Shown here piece by piece: positions 17,941 through 27,051 of a stretch of 32,000 nt of DNA. The position numbers were made by a program, and so were the translations under genes. The notes beneath the pieces are model-generated. The model was not told the DNA's origin. It was given only the letters and a program-made list of their open reading frames with translations, and made no database searches. The stretch spans positions 1,200,001-1,232,000 of the forward strand of contig OY969425.1 of NCBI GenBank assembly GCA_963699255.1, written 5' to 3'. This stretch comes from an uncultured bacterium. GTDB taxonomy: Bacteria > Margulisbacteria > WOR-1 > CAVSGV01. Positions within the stretch are counted from its first letter, which is position 1. The number at the start of each line of letters is the position of its first letter.

Positions 17941-18870
17941 ATGATTGAATTCCTTTATTACATTTTGGTAATGCCGGGTTTTCTCTTCACGGCTTTCACA
18001 GGTCTGCTATCTACCTGGGTTGACCGCAAAGTGACCGCCAGATTGCAGTGGAGGCAGGGCCCTCCTATATTTCAACCGTTCGCGGATATCCTCAAACTGC
18101 TCGGTAAGGAAATAATGATCCCTGAAGGAGCCTCAAAGCTGGTCTTCCTGTCCGCGCCCCTCATCGGAATTGCGGCTGTAACGCTGGTTTCAACTATGTT
18201 ATGGATATTGAATATAAATATATATGGAAGTTTTGTCGGAGACCTTATCGTTATATATTACATGCTGATGATCCCATCGCTTGCCCTGATCATCGGCGGG
18301 TCGGCTTCAAGGAATCCGTTCTCGGCGATCGGAGCAAGCCGTGAAATGAAGCTTATCCTTGCTTATGAACTCCCTTTCATTATCGCGATAGCAACCGTCA
18401 TCGCGAGAACAGGTTCGATAATCATGGGAGATATTATCGGCTATCAATCCATGCACGGAATGATGATCGGGAGCTTCTCGGGCATCATCGCCTTTTTTGT
18501 GTCCCTGCTTGTGGTACAGGCAAAGCTGGGGTTCGTGCCTTTTGATGCATCGGAAGCCGAACAGGAAATAATGGCCGGCACTCTCCTCGAATACAGCGGC
18601 GCGCCGCTCGCGGCCTTCAAACTGACAAAGGCGATGCTTCTGTTCACTCTGCCGGTGCTGCTTATAACCCTGTTCCTTGGCGGGATCGATACCTATTCGC
18701 TTGCGGGCGCTCTCTGGTTCGTCTTAAAGTATTTCGTGATCCTGACGCTGATCATACTCATCAAGAACACCAATCCGAGGATCAGGATAGATCAGGCGGT
18801 CCGCTTTTTCTGGGGCCCGGTGACCGTTCTGGCCGTTATCGGATTCGTTCTCGCTATGATAGGAAGGTAA
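17941..18870 (+). CDS. Group 4 hydrogenase membrane subunit, NuoH/HycD-like
   Basis: 309 aa multi-TM; WVDRKVTARLQWRQGPPIFQPFADILKLLGKE, EYSGAPLAAFKL, RIRIDQAVRFFW. Confidence 0.9.
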   Translation: MIEFLYYILVMPGFLFTAFTGLLSTWVDRKVTARLQWRQGPPIFQPFADILKLLGKEIMIPEGASKLVFLSAPLIGIAAVTLVSTMLWILNINIYGSFVGDLIVIYYMLMIPSLALIIGGSASRNPFSAIGASREMKLILAYELPFIIAIATVIARTGSIIMGDIIGYQSMHGMMIGSFSGIIAFFVSLLVVQAKLGFVPFDASEAEQEIMAGTLLEYSGAPLAAFKLTKAMLLFTLPVLLITLFLGGIDTYSLAGALWFVLKYFVILTLIILIKNTNPRIRIDQAVRFFWGPVTVLAVIGFVLAMIGR

Positions 18871-18871
18871 A

Positions 18872-19288
18872 ATGGCGGATCTTTATAAATGGGGATTGAA
18901 AAAATCTCCCTGGGTTTTTCACCTGGGCGCTTCGGCGTGCAATAACTGCGACATAGAGATTCTGGACACGCTCACGCCGAGATTCGACGTGGAGAGGTTC
19001 GGGATAACGCTCGTCGGCTCCCCCAGGCACGCGGATATCCTGGTCGTTTCCGGTATAGTGAACCGCCAATCCATTGAACGGTTCAGGAAGGTCTATGATT
19101 CCGTGCCGAAGCCGAAGGCCGTTGTCGCCATCGGGGTCTGTGCTTGCACCGCGGACATGTTCCGCGACAGCTATAATTTCGTTAAGCCCGTGGATGAGAT
19201 AATACCGGTGGATGTTTACGTGCCCGGATGCCCGCCCAAGCCGGAGGCGATAATATCGGGTATAATAAAGGCTCTGGAGAAAATATAG
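18872..19288 (+). CDS. Group 4 [NiFe] hydrogenase small subunit, NuoB/HycG-like
   Basis: LGASACNNCDIEILDTLTPRFDVERFG, GVCACTADMF, VPGCPPKPEAI: all four N2-cluster cysteines. Confidence 0.92.
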   Translation: MADLYKWGLKKSPWVFHLGASACNNCDIEILDTLTPRFDVERFGITLVGSPRHADILVVSGIVNRQSIERFRKVYDSVPKPKAVVAIGVCACTADMFRDSYNFVKPVDEIIPVDVYVPGCPPKPEAIISGIIKALEKI

Positions 19289-19740
19289 TGAACGTATCAG
19301 AAAATATCAAGAACAAGTTCAAAGACAAAGTCGAGATCTTTGTGAAATCAAAGAAAAGGACATATGTCAATGTTGCTAGAGATGACGCCAAGGACATCGT
19401 CCGCTACATATTCAGCAACATGGGTGCAAGGTTCTCGATAGCCACGGCGATCGATACCCGTCTTGGAGTAGAGATCATTTACCATATGGCTTTTGATAAG
19501 GACGACATGATCGTTTCGGTAAAGACCCTGGTAGCCAAACCGGAGCTTGAGATGCCCACTTTCACGGACATCATTCCGGCAACCGAGTGGATCGAGAGAG
19601 AGATACACGAAATGTTCGGAGTTGTTTTCATCGGCCATCCGAGGCTCGAGAGACTCTTGCTTCCCGACGACTGGGAAGAAGGCGTATATCCCTTCCGGAA
19701 GAAAACGTTCGAATCCGAAAAGGAGAATCCAGAAAAATAA
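19288..19740 (+). CDS. NuoC-like (30 kDa) subunit
   Basis: TDIIPATEWIEREIHEMFGVVFIGHPRLERLLLPDDWEEGVYPFRK; GTG start at 19288 overlapping the preceding TAG. Confidence 0.87.
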   Translation: MNVSENIKNKFKDKVEIFVKSKKRTYVNVARDDAKDIVRYIFSNMGARFSIATAIDTRLGVEIIYHMAFDKDDMIVSVKTLVAKPELEMPTFTDIIPATEWIEREIHEMFGVVFIGHPRLERLLLPDDWEEGVYPFRKKTFESEKENPEK

Positions 19741-19742
19741 CC

Positions 19743-20918
19743 ATGGCAAAAGAAAATCTTATACCGATAGGGCCTTTTCATCCGCTTCTTGAGGAGCCGG
19801 AATACTTCAAGTTCTATGTGGAAGGGGAAAAAGTGGTCGACGCGGACGTGAGGATCGGCTACAACCACAGAGGGATCGAAAAGCTTGCCGAGTCAAAGAC
19901 TTACGAACAGGATGTCTTCCTTGTTGAGAGGATATGCGGGATATGCTCGACCTCCCATCCTTTTGCCTTTGTACAGGCGGCCGAGGACGTCTCCGGCATC
20001 GAAGTACCGGAAAGGGCGCAGTATATCAGGACGATAATAGGAGAGCTTGAGAGGATCCACAGCCACCTGCTCTGGGTAGGCCTGGCTGCACATTTCATCG
20101 GCTACAACACGGTTTTCATGTGGGCATGGAAATACCGCGAACCGGTGCTTGATATATTTGAAGTTGTTTCAGGCAATCGCAACCATTACGGCATGTTCAA
20201 GGTTGGAGGTGTGAGAAGGGACATATTTGAGAAGGACATTCCGGGACTGCTGAAAGCCGTTGATGACGTCGAGAAATTCTGTTCGATGCTCGTTAAAGCA
20301 GTGATGGATGATCCGGTCATCCGGGCCAGGACGAAGGGTATCGGCATTTTGAAAAAGAAGGACGCCGCCGATCTTTGCGTGGTCGGGCCGGTCGCCCGTG
20401 CATCAGGGATCGAGATCGACATCAGAAAAGACCATCCATATGCGGCTTACGACAAGGTCTGTTTTGACAAGGTCGTCATGAAGGATGGGGATGTGTTCTC
20501 CAAGACAGCTGTAAGGCTACTTGAAACCCTCCAATCGGTGAACATAATCAGGCAGTGCTTAAAAAGCATGCCGCAGGGGCCTATTGATGCGGATATAAGA
20601 GAGATAGGCACAGGCGAAGGAATAGGACAGCATGAAGCGCCGCGAGGCGAAGTGATACACTATATCAGGTCCAATGGCTCCAATTATCCCGAGAGGCATA
20701 AGATACGCGCGCCTTCTTTCATGAACGTTCCCTCGTTCAAGAAAACCGTTATCGGCGAGTCGATCGCGGACGCGGCGCTGATAACCGCCGCGGTCGATCC
20801 CTGCTACTGCTGCACGGAGAGGATGGTCGTCGTCGACCGTGAAACGAACAGGACGCTTAAGACCGGTGAAGAGCTTGTCAGGCTCTGCCAGGAAAAAACG
20901 GAGAAAATGATGAAATGA
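19743..20918 (+). CDS. Group 4 [NiFe] hydrogenase large (catalytic) subunit
   Basis: L1 motif RICGICSTSH and L2 motif DPCYCCTER (20796-20822) retain all four Ni-binding Cys. C-terminal tail of 31 aa after the Arg, as in HycE precursors. ATG at 19743 preferred over the ORF-track start at 19587. Confidence 0.92.
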   Translation: MAKENLIPIGPFHPLLEEPEYFKFYVEGEKVVDADVRIGYNHRGIEKLAESKTYEQDVFLVERICGICSTSHPFAFVQAAEDVSGIEVPERAQYIRTIIGELERIHSHLLWVGLAAHFIGYNTVFMWAWKYREPVLDIFEVVSGNRNHYGMFKVGGVRRDIFEKDIPGLLKAVDDVEKFCSMLVKAVMDDPVIRARTKGIGILKKKDAADLCVVGPVARASGIEIDIRKDHPYAAYDKVCFDKVVMKDGDVFSKTAVRLLETLQSVNIIRQCLKSMPQGPIDADIREIGTGEGIGQHEAPRGEVIHYIRSNGSNYPERHKIRAPSFMNVPSFKKTVIGESIADAALITAAVDPCYCCTERMVVVDRETNRTLKTGEELVRLCQEKTEKMMK

Positions 20919-22693
20919 ACATACTGCTTTACACTATAGCAATGCCGATAGTGTCTTCTTTACTATGCTTTTTCTCAAAGCGCTCGTCGCCATGGATAGC
21001 TCTTGTTATCTCCGCGGCAGAGATATTGCTTGCAGTAAGGATATTCTTTTTCGGAAACGCTATCTCCACCCTTTACTTTCACGCCTACGTACTTAACTCC
21101 GGCATTTTCCTGGCCGCTTCGGCCTTTTCATTGCTGATCGTCCTCTACTCTCTCAAGTTCATGGAAGGTGACGAACGACTAGGGGAATATTACGCATATA
21201 TACTGATAACTATGGGCGCGGCGGCAGGAGCCTTATTCGCGAATGATTATTTCACTCTCCTTTCATTCTGGGGGGTCCTCGGGGCGACCTTATATATGTT
21301 GATCGGGATCGCCGGAGCGAGCGCGGCTTCCTCTGCGAAAAAAACTTTCATCATAGTCGGCGGGTCGGATGCCGTGATGATATTCGGGATAGGCACGGTA
21401 TGGCTAATGACAAGAAGCCTTCAGATAGGGATTTTCCCGATAGCCATGTGCGGGGTCCTCCCTGTGATCGCCTTCCTCTCTCTTTTGTCCAGTGCTCTTG
21501 CAAAAGCTGGAGCCATGCCTTTCCATAGCTGGCTGCCGGATTGCGCCGAGGCGGCTCCTGTTCCGGTAACCGCTTATCTTCCGGCTTCTCTGGATAAACT
21601 TTTAGGCATATATCTCCTGTTCAGGTTGTGTACGGACATATTCCAGGTCACCCCTAATTCTCCTGTGTCGATACTTCTGCTTGTTATCGGTTCCTTTACC
21701 ATTATTGCCGGCGTAATGGCGGCACTTGTACAACACAACATGAGAAAGCTGCTTTCGTTCCACGCGATATCGCAGGTGGGTTACATGGTGCTGGGCATAG
21801 GGACGGCGCTTCCGATCGGGATGGCGGGCGCACTTTTTCACATGTTGAACCATACAATATATAAAAGCTGCCTTTTCCTGACAAGCGGATCGGTAGAGAA
21901 AGAAATGGGAACGGGAGAGCTTGATGAACTGGGCGGCGCGGCAGTATCTATGCCGATTACTTTCGTCAGTGCGGCGGTCGCCGCACTTTCCATCTCCGGG
22001 ATACCACCTTTCAACGGCTTCTTCTCTAAGTGGATGATATACCAGGGCATTATCGAGCTTTCCGGAACAAGCAGGCTCTGGATAATATGGCTGTGCGCTG
22101 CGATGTTCGGGAGCGCCCTGACGCTCGCTAGTTTCATAAAGCTGATCCACGCCGTTTATCTCGGGCAGGGCTCTGGCAAAAAACCTGAACCAAGAGAAGC
22201 CCCCTGGCAGATGTGGCTGCCGCCGGCGATACTCGCGTCACTCTGCGTAGTGTTCGGCATTTTTGCTTTTTCAGTTCCTCTCCCCTATTTCGTACTTCCT
22301 TCAGTAAAAGGGATAATTTACAGCGGATACTGGAACCCGGTTCTTGCGACTGCATTGATATTGATAGGTCTGCTGATAGGGCTTCTGGTCTATTGGCTTG
22401 GAAAGGAAAGAACGACTCTTACCAGCCCCGTCTATATCGGCGGCGAAGAAATTGAAGAAACCAGGGTTAAAGTTTCCGGGACCGGATTTTATAATACCAT
22501 AAGGGATTACGGACCCCTTGACGTTATTTATCGTTTCGCGGAAAGAAAGCTATTCGATATTTATGAGCTCGGCTCAAAGCTTGTTTCCATGCTCTATGAT
22601 GTGCTTGGTTTTCTCCATAACGGGCTTTTGCACACTTATCTGGCATGGATGTTCCTGGGGTTCGCGCTGATTATGCTGTTCATTATCTTTTAG
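20915..22693 (+). CDS. NuoL/MrpA-like proton/cation-translocating subunit
   Basis: 592 aa multi-TM; LSSALAKAGAMPFHSWLPDCAEAAPVPVTAYLPASLDKLLGIYLL, HNMRKLLSFHAISQVGYMVLGIG, FHMLNHTIYKSCLFL. Confidence 0.9.
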   Translation: MNILLYTIAMPIVSSLLCFFSKRSSPWIALVISAAEILLAVRIFFFGNAISTLYFHAYVLNSGIFLAASAFSLLIVLYSLKFMEGDERLGEYYAYILITMGAAAGALFANDYFTLLSFWGVLGATLYMLIGIAGASAASSAKKTFIIVGGSDAVMIFGIGTVWLMTRSLQIGIFPIAMCGVLPVIAFLSLLSSALAKAGAMPFHSWLPDCAEAAPVPVTAYLPASLDKLLGIYLLFRLCTDIFQVTPNSPVSILLLVIGSFTIIAGVMAALVQHNMRKLLSFHAISQVGYMVLGIGTALPIGMAGALFHMLNHTIYKSCLFLTSGSVEKEMGTGELDELGGAAVSMPITFVSAAVAALSISGIPPFNGFFSKWMIYQGIIELSGTSRLWIIWLCAAMFGSALTLASFIKLIHAVYLGQGSGKKPEPREAPWQMWLPPAILASLCVVFGIFAFSVPLPYFVLPSVKGIIYSGYWNPVLATALILIGLLIGLLVYWLGKERTTLTSPVYIGGEEIEETRVKVSGTGFYNTIRDYGPLDVIYRFAERKLFDIYELGSKLVSMLYDVLGFLHNGLLHTYLAWMFLGFALIMLFIIF

Positions 22694-22700
22694 GAGTGAC

Positions 22701-23213
22701 ATGATAGAATTATACCTTTTGATGGTTTTTATAATAATTGCGGCGATGATCGCCGTTGAAAACCACACCTTGCTTTCGTCAATAATTTCACTTGGAGCCG
22801 TGGGGTTAGGGCTGTGCATAATATTCTTGATCCTCGGCGCTCCCGAACTTGCGATAACGCAGCTCGTTGTCGAGATACTCGTTCTTATTGTGCTTATACG
22901 CGCCACCATTGCCGTGTCGGTCCCGGAAACCTACAAGGGAAGGGAATTCCTGTCATACATGATGGCGATAGGTTTCATACTCCTGTTCATGGCCGGCTCG
23001 TTCTTCGCGTTCGGCAATCTTCCGGAATTCGGTGCTCCCATAATGAAATCCGCGAAAATATACATTGAAAATAGCGCCGGAGCTGCCGCGGAAAATCTTG
23101 TGACGACAGTTGCATTGAAATTCAGGAGGTTCGACTCTATTGGAATGGTGGCGATCATCTTTACTTCTGTCATAGGAACACTGGTCATCTTAAGGCAAAA
23201 AGGAAGGAAATAA
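22701..23213 (+). CDS. MbhD/MbhE-like (MrpA C-terminal domain, DUF4040-type) membrane subunit
   Basis: MVFIIIAAMIAVENHTLLSSIISLGAVGLGLCIIFLILGAPELAITQLVVEILVLIVL; C-terminal FDSIGMVAIIFTSVIGTLVIL. Confidence 0.75.
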   Translation: MIELYLLMVFIIIAAMIAVENHTLLSSIISLGAVGLGLCIIFLILGAPELAITQLVVEILVLIVLIRATIAVSVPETYKGREFLSYMMAIGFILLFMAGSFFAFGNLPEFGAPIMKSAKIYIENSAGAAAENLVTTVALKFRRFDSIGMVAIIFTSVIGTLVILRQKGRK

Positions 23214-23217
23214 TTCA

Positions 23218-23607
23218 ATGAGCGGTATGGGTTTGATAGTGAAAACGGTCACAAGGGTTACTGTAGGTGTCATATTTCTTTTCGGATGCTACATCTCCGC
23301 GCAAGGTCATACCACCCTTGGCGGCGGACTTGCAGGAGGGGTCGTTATAGCTCTTGCTTTCATATTATATGTTCTTGCCTACGGCAGGACCCATGCGGAA
23401 GAAAGGCTCGGCAGGCAGCTTGCTTTGATTTTTATGGAACTTGGAGCTATCTTTTTTCTGCTGCTCTCGTTCTTCGGCTGCAAGCCGGAAGGATGTTATG
23501 AATGCATATTATGCAATCTTGCGATATCGGTGATGTCCGGCGCCGGACTTTTTGTCGTTTTCTTGAACTTTACCGCATTCAAGGCAAAGATAAGGGAGGA
23601 AAAATAA
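23218..23607 (+). CDS. mrpB: MrpB/MnhB-like subunit with unusual four-cysteine segment
   Basis: Multi-TM; LIVKTVTRVTVGVIFLFGCYISAQGHTTLGGGLAGGVVIALAFIL typical of MrpB; contains CKPEGCYECILC. Confidence 0.82.
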   Translation: MSGMGLIVKTVTRVTVGVIFLFGCYISAQGHTTLGGGLAGGVVIALAFILYVLAYGRTHAEERLGRQLALIFMELGAIFFLLLSFFGCKPEGCYECILCNLAISVMSGAGLFVVFLNFTAFKAKIREEK

Positions 23608-23903
23608 TGGCGGCATATCTCTTGTGTGTCGTTCTGTTCCTTATCGGAGTATATTGCGTCGCTGTCAAAAAGAACCTGATAAAGATCATAGTCGGCCTTG
23701 TGATAATGGAATACTCAATGAACCTTTTGCTTGTGGTCGTTGGCTACCGCGGAGGCGCTGTGGACCCGCTTGCTCAGGCTTTCGCGCTGGCAATGATCGC
23801 GGTAGGACTTGCGACCACAATAACAATGTCCTCGATCGCAATGAGGATATATGACAGACTTGGCACATTTGACATTACAAAGATAGGCAAGCTGAAAGGA
23901 TAA
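23607..23903 (+). CDS. mrpC: MrpC/NuoK-like subunit
   Basis: LCVVLFLIGVYCVAVKKNLIKIIVGLVIMEYSMNLLLVVVGYRGGAVDPLAQAFALAMIAVGLATTITMSSIAMRIY; ATG overlaps the preceding TAA. Confidence 0.88.
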   Translation: MAAYLLCVVLFLIGVYCVAVKKNLIKIIVGLVIMEYSMNLLLVVVGYRGGAVDPLAQAFALAMIAVGLATTITMSSIAMRIYDRLGTFDITKIGKLKG

Positions 23904-23905
23904 GC

Positions 23906-25393
23906 ATGATCAACGTTTTGCCGATATTCATTTTACTTCCGCTCGGCGCAGGCTTCCTTATGCTTATGGCATATAGGACCGGAAAGAATTTGCCGGATTT
24001 TATCGGAAATGCCGCGACTTTCTTCCTGGCAGCGATGGCACTTTCACTTTACTTTTTCCGTCCGTTCGGAGCCGTGATGATATTTAAGACAGGATATTTT
24101 CCTGCCGGTATAGGGATCAATCTGGTCCTGGACGGATTAAGCCATTTGCTCCTTCTGATCGTTAATCTTGTGGCTTTCTTTATTACATTTTATTCTGTTT
24201 CATACATGGATAAATATTCAAAAAAAGAAAAATATTATTCACTTCTCATGCTAATGGTCGCCGGCATGAATGGCGCGATCCTGACCGGAGATCTTATCAG
24301 CTTTTTCGTCTTCATGGAACTGGCCGCTATTTCCGGGAGCGTGCTGGTGGCTTTCGGCACGGAGTATGAAGAGCTGGAGGCTTCCTTTAAATACCTTGTC
24401 ATGGGATCAGTGGCGTCCATCTTCATTCTCTTTGCCGTCATCATGATATATTCCATTACAGGTACCACGAACATGGCGGATATCGCGCAGTGTTTCCCCG
24501 GCAACGCCAACTATGCCAAGATGCTGATAACGCTCCTCTTTTTGATAGGATTCGGCACAAAGGCCGCCATTATCCCTTTCCATGCATGGCTTCCGGACGC
24601 ACACCCCGCAGCCCCCGCTCCGATCTCCGCGATGCTTTCCGGTGTCCTTATTAAGGCACTGGGTATTTATGCGCTGGTAAGGACCTTCTTTAATGTGCTC
24701 GGGATGACTCATCAGCTATCCAATATTTTCATGATGCTTGGCGTAATATCCTTGCTTGCCGGAGTAATAATGGCCCTTGGACAGTGGGATCTTAAGAGGC
24801 TTCTAGCTTATCACAGCATTTCGCAGGTCGGATATATAATTCTCGGTATCGGGCTCGCGACGCCTCTCGGAGTTCTGGGCGGCCTTTTCCACCTTTTCAA
24901 CCATGCCATCTTCAAGTCGCTCCTCTTCCTGACAGCCGGCTCCGTGGAGCACTCCACTGGAACAAGGCAGCTCAAGGAGCTTGGCGGACTGCGCCAGAAG
25001 ATGCCTGTTACGTCGAATGCGTCTCTCGCGGCATCCCTTGCTATCTCAGGACTACCGCCGTTCAACGGCTTCTGGAGCAAGCTTTTTATCATCATTGCCT
25101 GCATACAGGCCGGAAAGCTATGGTTCGCGGCAGCGGCAGTGATCGGGAGCATTTTAACGCTTGCCTCATTCATGAAGGTGCAAAAATACGTTTTCTTCGA
25201 GAAGCTGCCGGCTCAGCTGCGCGATACCAAAGAATCTCCCTGGTTCATGGGCGCTCCCATGGTGATCCTTGCTTTGCTCTGTCTTGCCGTCGGGCTTTTC
25301 TTTCCCGTTATCGTGAACTTTCTGATAAATCCGGCCGTTGTGTCGGTGTCGATCGGCACCGGATACGGCCAGCTTGTCCTGGGAGGCAATTAA
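23906..25393 (+). CDS. mrpD: MrpD-like (NuoN/NuoM family) subunit
   Basis: 495 aa; FVFMELAAISGSVLVAFG, GFGTKAAIIPFHAWLPDAHPAAPAPISAMLSGVLIKALGIYAL, KRLLAYHSISQVGYIILGIG. Confidence 0.9.
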   Translation: MINVLPIFILLPLGAGFLMLMAYRTGKNLPDFIGNAATFFLAAMALSLYFFRPFGAVMIFKTGYFPAGIGINLVLDGLSHLLLLIVNLVAFFITFYSVSYMDKYSKKEKYYSLLMLMVAGMNGAILTGDLISFFVFMELAAISGSVLVAFGTEYEELEASFKYLVMGSVASIFILFAVIMIYSITGTTNMADIAQCFPGNANYAKMLITLLFLIGFGTKAAIIPFHAWLPDAHPAAPAPISAMLSGVLIKALGIYALVRTFFNVLGMTHQLSNIFMMLGVISLLAGVIMALGQWDLKRLLAYHSISQVGYIILGIGLATPLGVLGGLFHLFNHAIFKSLLFLTAGSVEHSTGTRQLKELGGLRQKMPVTSNASLAASLAISGLPPFNGFWSKLFIIIACIQAGKLWFAAAAVIGSILTLASFMKVQKYVFFEKLPAQLRDTKESPWFMGAPMVILALLCLAVGLFFPVIVNFLINPAVVSVSIGTGYGQLVLGGN

Positions 25394-25876
25394 ATGGTCA
25401 AGAGAGGGAGTCAAACGCTGGGTTTTGTGATCGCTTTCCTGGTATGGCTTATGCTTACCTGGAAGATCGATCCTATGAACATCGCGCTGGGTTCGATCTT
25501 TTCGCTTCTGGCAGCGATCTTCTTCGGGGATCTCCTCACTGTCACGCCGGAGCGCGCTCTTCACCCTGTGAGATATTTTTGGCTTCTTTATTACCTGCCG
25601 ATCTTCCTGTGGCAGATGGTTAAATCGAACATCGACGTAGCTTACAGGGTCCTGCATCCGAAACTCCCGATAAATCCCGGCTTGATCAAAGTTAAGATCA
25701 ACCTTAATAGCGACGTTTCCAAGGCGCTTCTCGCGAATTCCATCTCCCTTACTCCCGGAAGCACGACCGTTGACATAATCGGGGACCAGATATACATTCA
25801 CTGCATAGATGTGGACCGTCCGGTCAGGGAAGAAGTTGAAATGTTCGAGAAAATAATCGCAAGGATACTTGAATGA
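25394..25876 (+). CDS. mrpE: MrpE-like subunit
   Basis: GSIFSLLAAIFFGD...YLPIFLWQMVKSNIDVAYRVLHPKLPINPGLIKVKINLNSDVSKALLANSISLTPGSTTVDI. Confidence 0.88.
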   Translation: MVKRGSQTLGFVIAFLVWLMLTWKIDPMNIALGSIFSLLAAIFFGDLLTVTPERALHPVRYFWLLYYLPIFLWQMVKSNIDVAYRVLHPKLPINPGLIKVKINLNSDVSKALLANSISLTPGSTTVDIIGDQIYIHCIDVDRPVREEVEMFEKIIARILE

Positions 25877-26130
25877 TAAATATACTGATATATATTTTAA
25901 CGCTCTGCTGTTTCATATGTCTTTACAGGATATTTAAGAGCCCGACGCCGGCCGACCGCGCGGTCGCGGTGGATATTCTCGGGATAGTGGTGATAGGCTT
26001 CTGCTCGCTTCTGTCCGTTTCGATCCACAAGGGTTTCTTGATGGATATCGCGATCGCCTGGACGCTGCAGAGCTATATAGCGGTCCTTGCCATCGCGAAA
26101 TACCTGGAGGGGAAGCGCTTCGATGAATGA
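25873..26130 (+). CDS. mrpF: MrpF-like subunit
   Basis: 85 aa; YRIFKSPTPADRAVAVDILGIVVIGFCSLLSVSIHKGFLMDIAIAWTLQSYIAVLAIAKYLEG. Confidence 0.87.
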   Translation: MINILIYILTLCCFICLYRIFKSPTPADRAVAVDILGIVVIGFCSLLSVSIHKGFLMDIAIAWTLQSYIAVLAIAKYLEGKRFDE

Positions 26131-26464
26131 AATGATCGGATACTTTTTTATTACCGTGGGAGTGCTGTTCAATCTGTTCGGATGCATAGGGTTGATCAGG
26201 CTGCCGGATATTTACAACCGCCTTCAGGCGGCGGCGAAATGCGCCACGCTGGGGACCTGCGGGACTCTACTGGGTGTTTTTATCATTAACGGTTTTGGCG
26301 CGACGGGCATGAAAGCGCTGCTGGCGATGATCTTCGTCCTTTTGACCGCCCCGACGGCGGCGCAGGCGCTGTCAAAAGCAGCGTATAAGTCAGGCATAAA
26401 AGCCTGGAAGAAAAACGGTAAGGAAGAGTCAATAGAGGAGAAAGAACTGCGTGAAGCTCCCTAA
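26123..26464 (+). CDS. mrpG: MrpG-like subunit
   Basis: MNEMIGYFFITVGVLFNLFGCIGLIRLPDIYNRLQAAAKCATLGTCGTLLG...LLAMIFVLLTAPTAAQALSKAAYKSG; ATG at 26123. Confidence 0.88.
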   Translation: MNEMIGYFFITVGVLFNLFGCIGLIRLPDIYNRLQAAAKCATLGTCGTLLGVFIINGFGATGMKALLAMIFVLLTAPTAAQALSKAAYKSGIKAWKKNGKEESIEEKELREAP

Positions 26465-27050
26465 AATAAGAGAACTCGGAGAAGCGATAAAAGCCTTGAT
26501 GCTTGGCCCTTACACATCAGGGTTCCCTTTCAAGCAGCCGGTGATCCCCGACGGCTTCCGCGGCAAGCCCCAGTTCTACCAGGATGACTGCGTAGGATGC
26601 CTCGCGTGCGTCGAGGTCTGCCCCGCCCGCGCCATCGAATATGTTGACGACAAAAAGACAAAGCTAAGGACCCTGACCCATCACCAGGATATCTGCATCT
26701 ACTGCCAGCAATGCGAGCGCGCCTGCATAACCGAAAAAGGGATAATGCTCACGAAAGAATACGATCTTGCGACATTTGACAGAAAGAGATCGTTCACTCA
26801 GTCGATAAAAGCGCTTGTCATCTGCGAGCACTGCGGCGGCATTGTTGCTCCTCTCGACCACCTGAAATTCCTCGCAAAGAAAGTCGGCCACCTTCTGTAC
26901 TCGAACCCCACCCTTCTCCTTGCAAGGCATGATGAGCTGAAGCTGCTCGAAGCCGATCGGCCCTCAAGCAGCCCTCACAAAAGAGCCGACCATCTCAAAA
27001 TGCTCTGCCCCAACTGCAGGAGAGAGATAATACTGAAGGAGCAATGGTGA
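26451..27050 (+). CDS. NuoI/HycF-like 2x[4Fe-4S] subunit with C-terminal paired CxxC motifs
   Basis: DCVGCLACVEVCPARAIEY, ICIYCQQCERACITEKGI; C-terminal ICEHCG...LCPNCRR. Confidence 0.87.
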   Translation: MKLPKIRELGEAIKALMLGPYTSGFPFKQPVIPDGFRGKPQFYQDDCVGCLACVEVCPARAIEYVDDKKTKLRTLTHHQDICIYCQQCERACITEKGIMLTKEYDLATFDRKRSFTQSIKALVICEHCGGIVAPLDHLKFLAKKVGHLLYSNPTLLLARHDELKLLEADRPSSSPHKRADHLKMLCPNCRREIILKEQW

Positions 27051-27051
27051 C

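Noticed and set aside
21602-22150. Long minus-strand ORFs opposite the NuoL-like gene and opposite mrpD/mrpE (25166-25801)
   Set aside because: Antisense to clearly conserved membrane subunit genes; products show no recognisable motifs.
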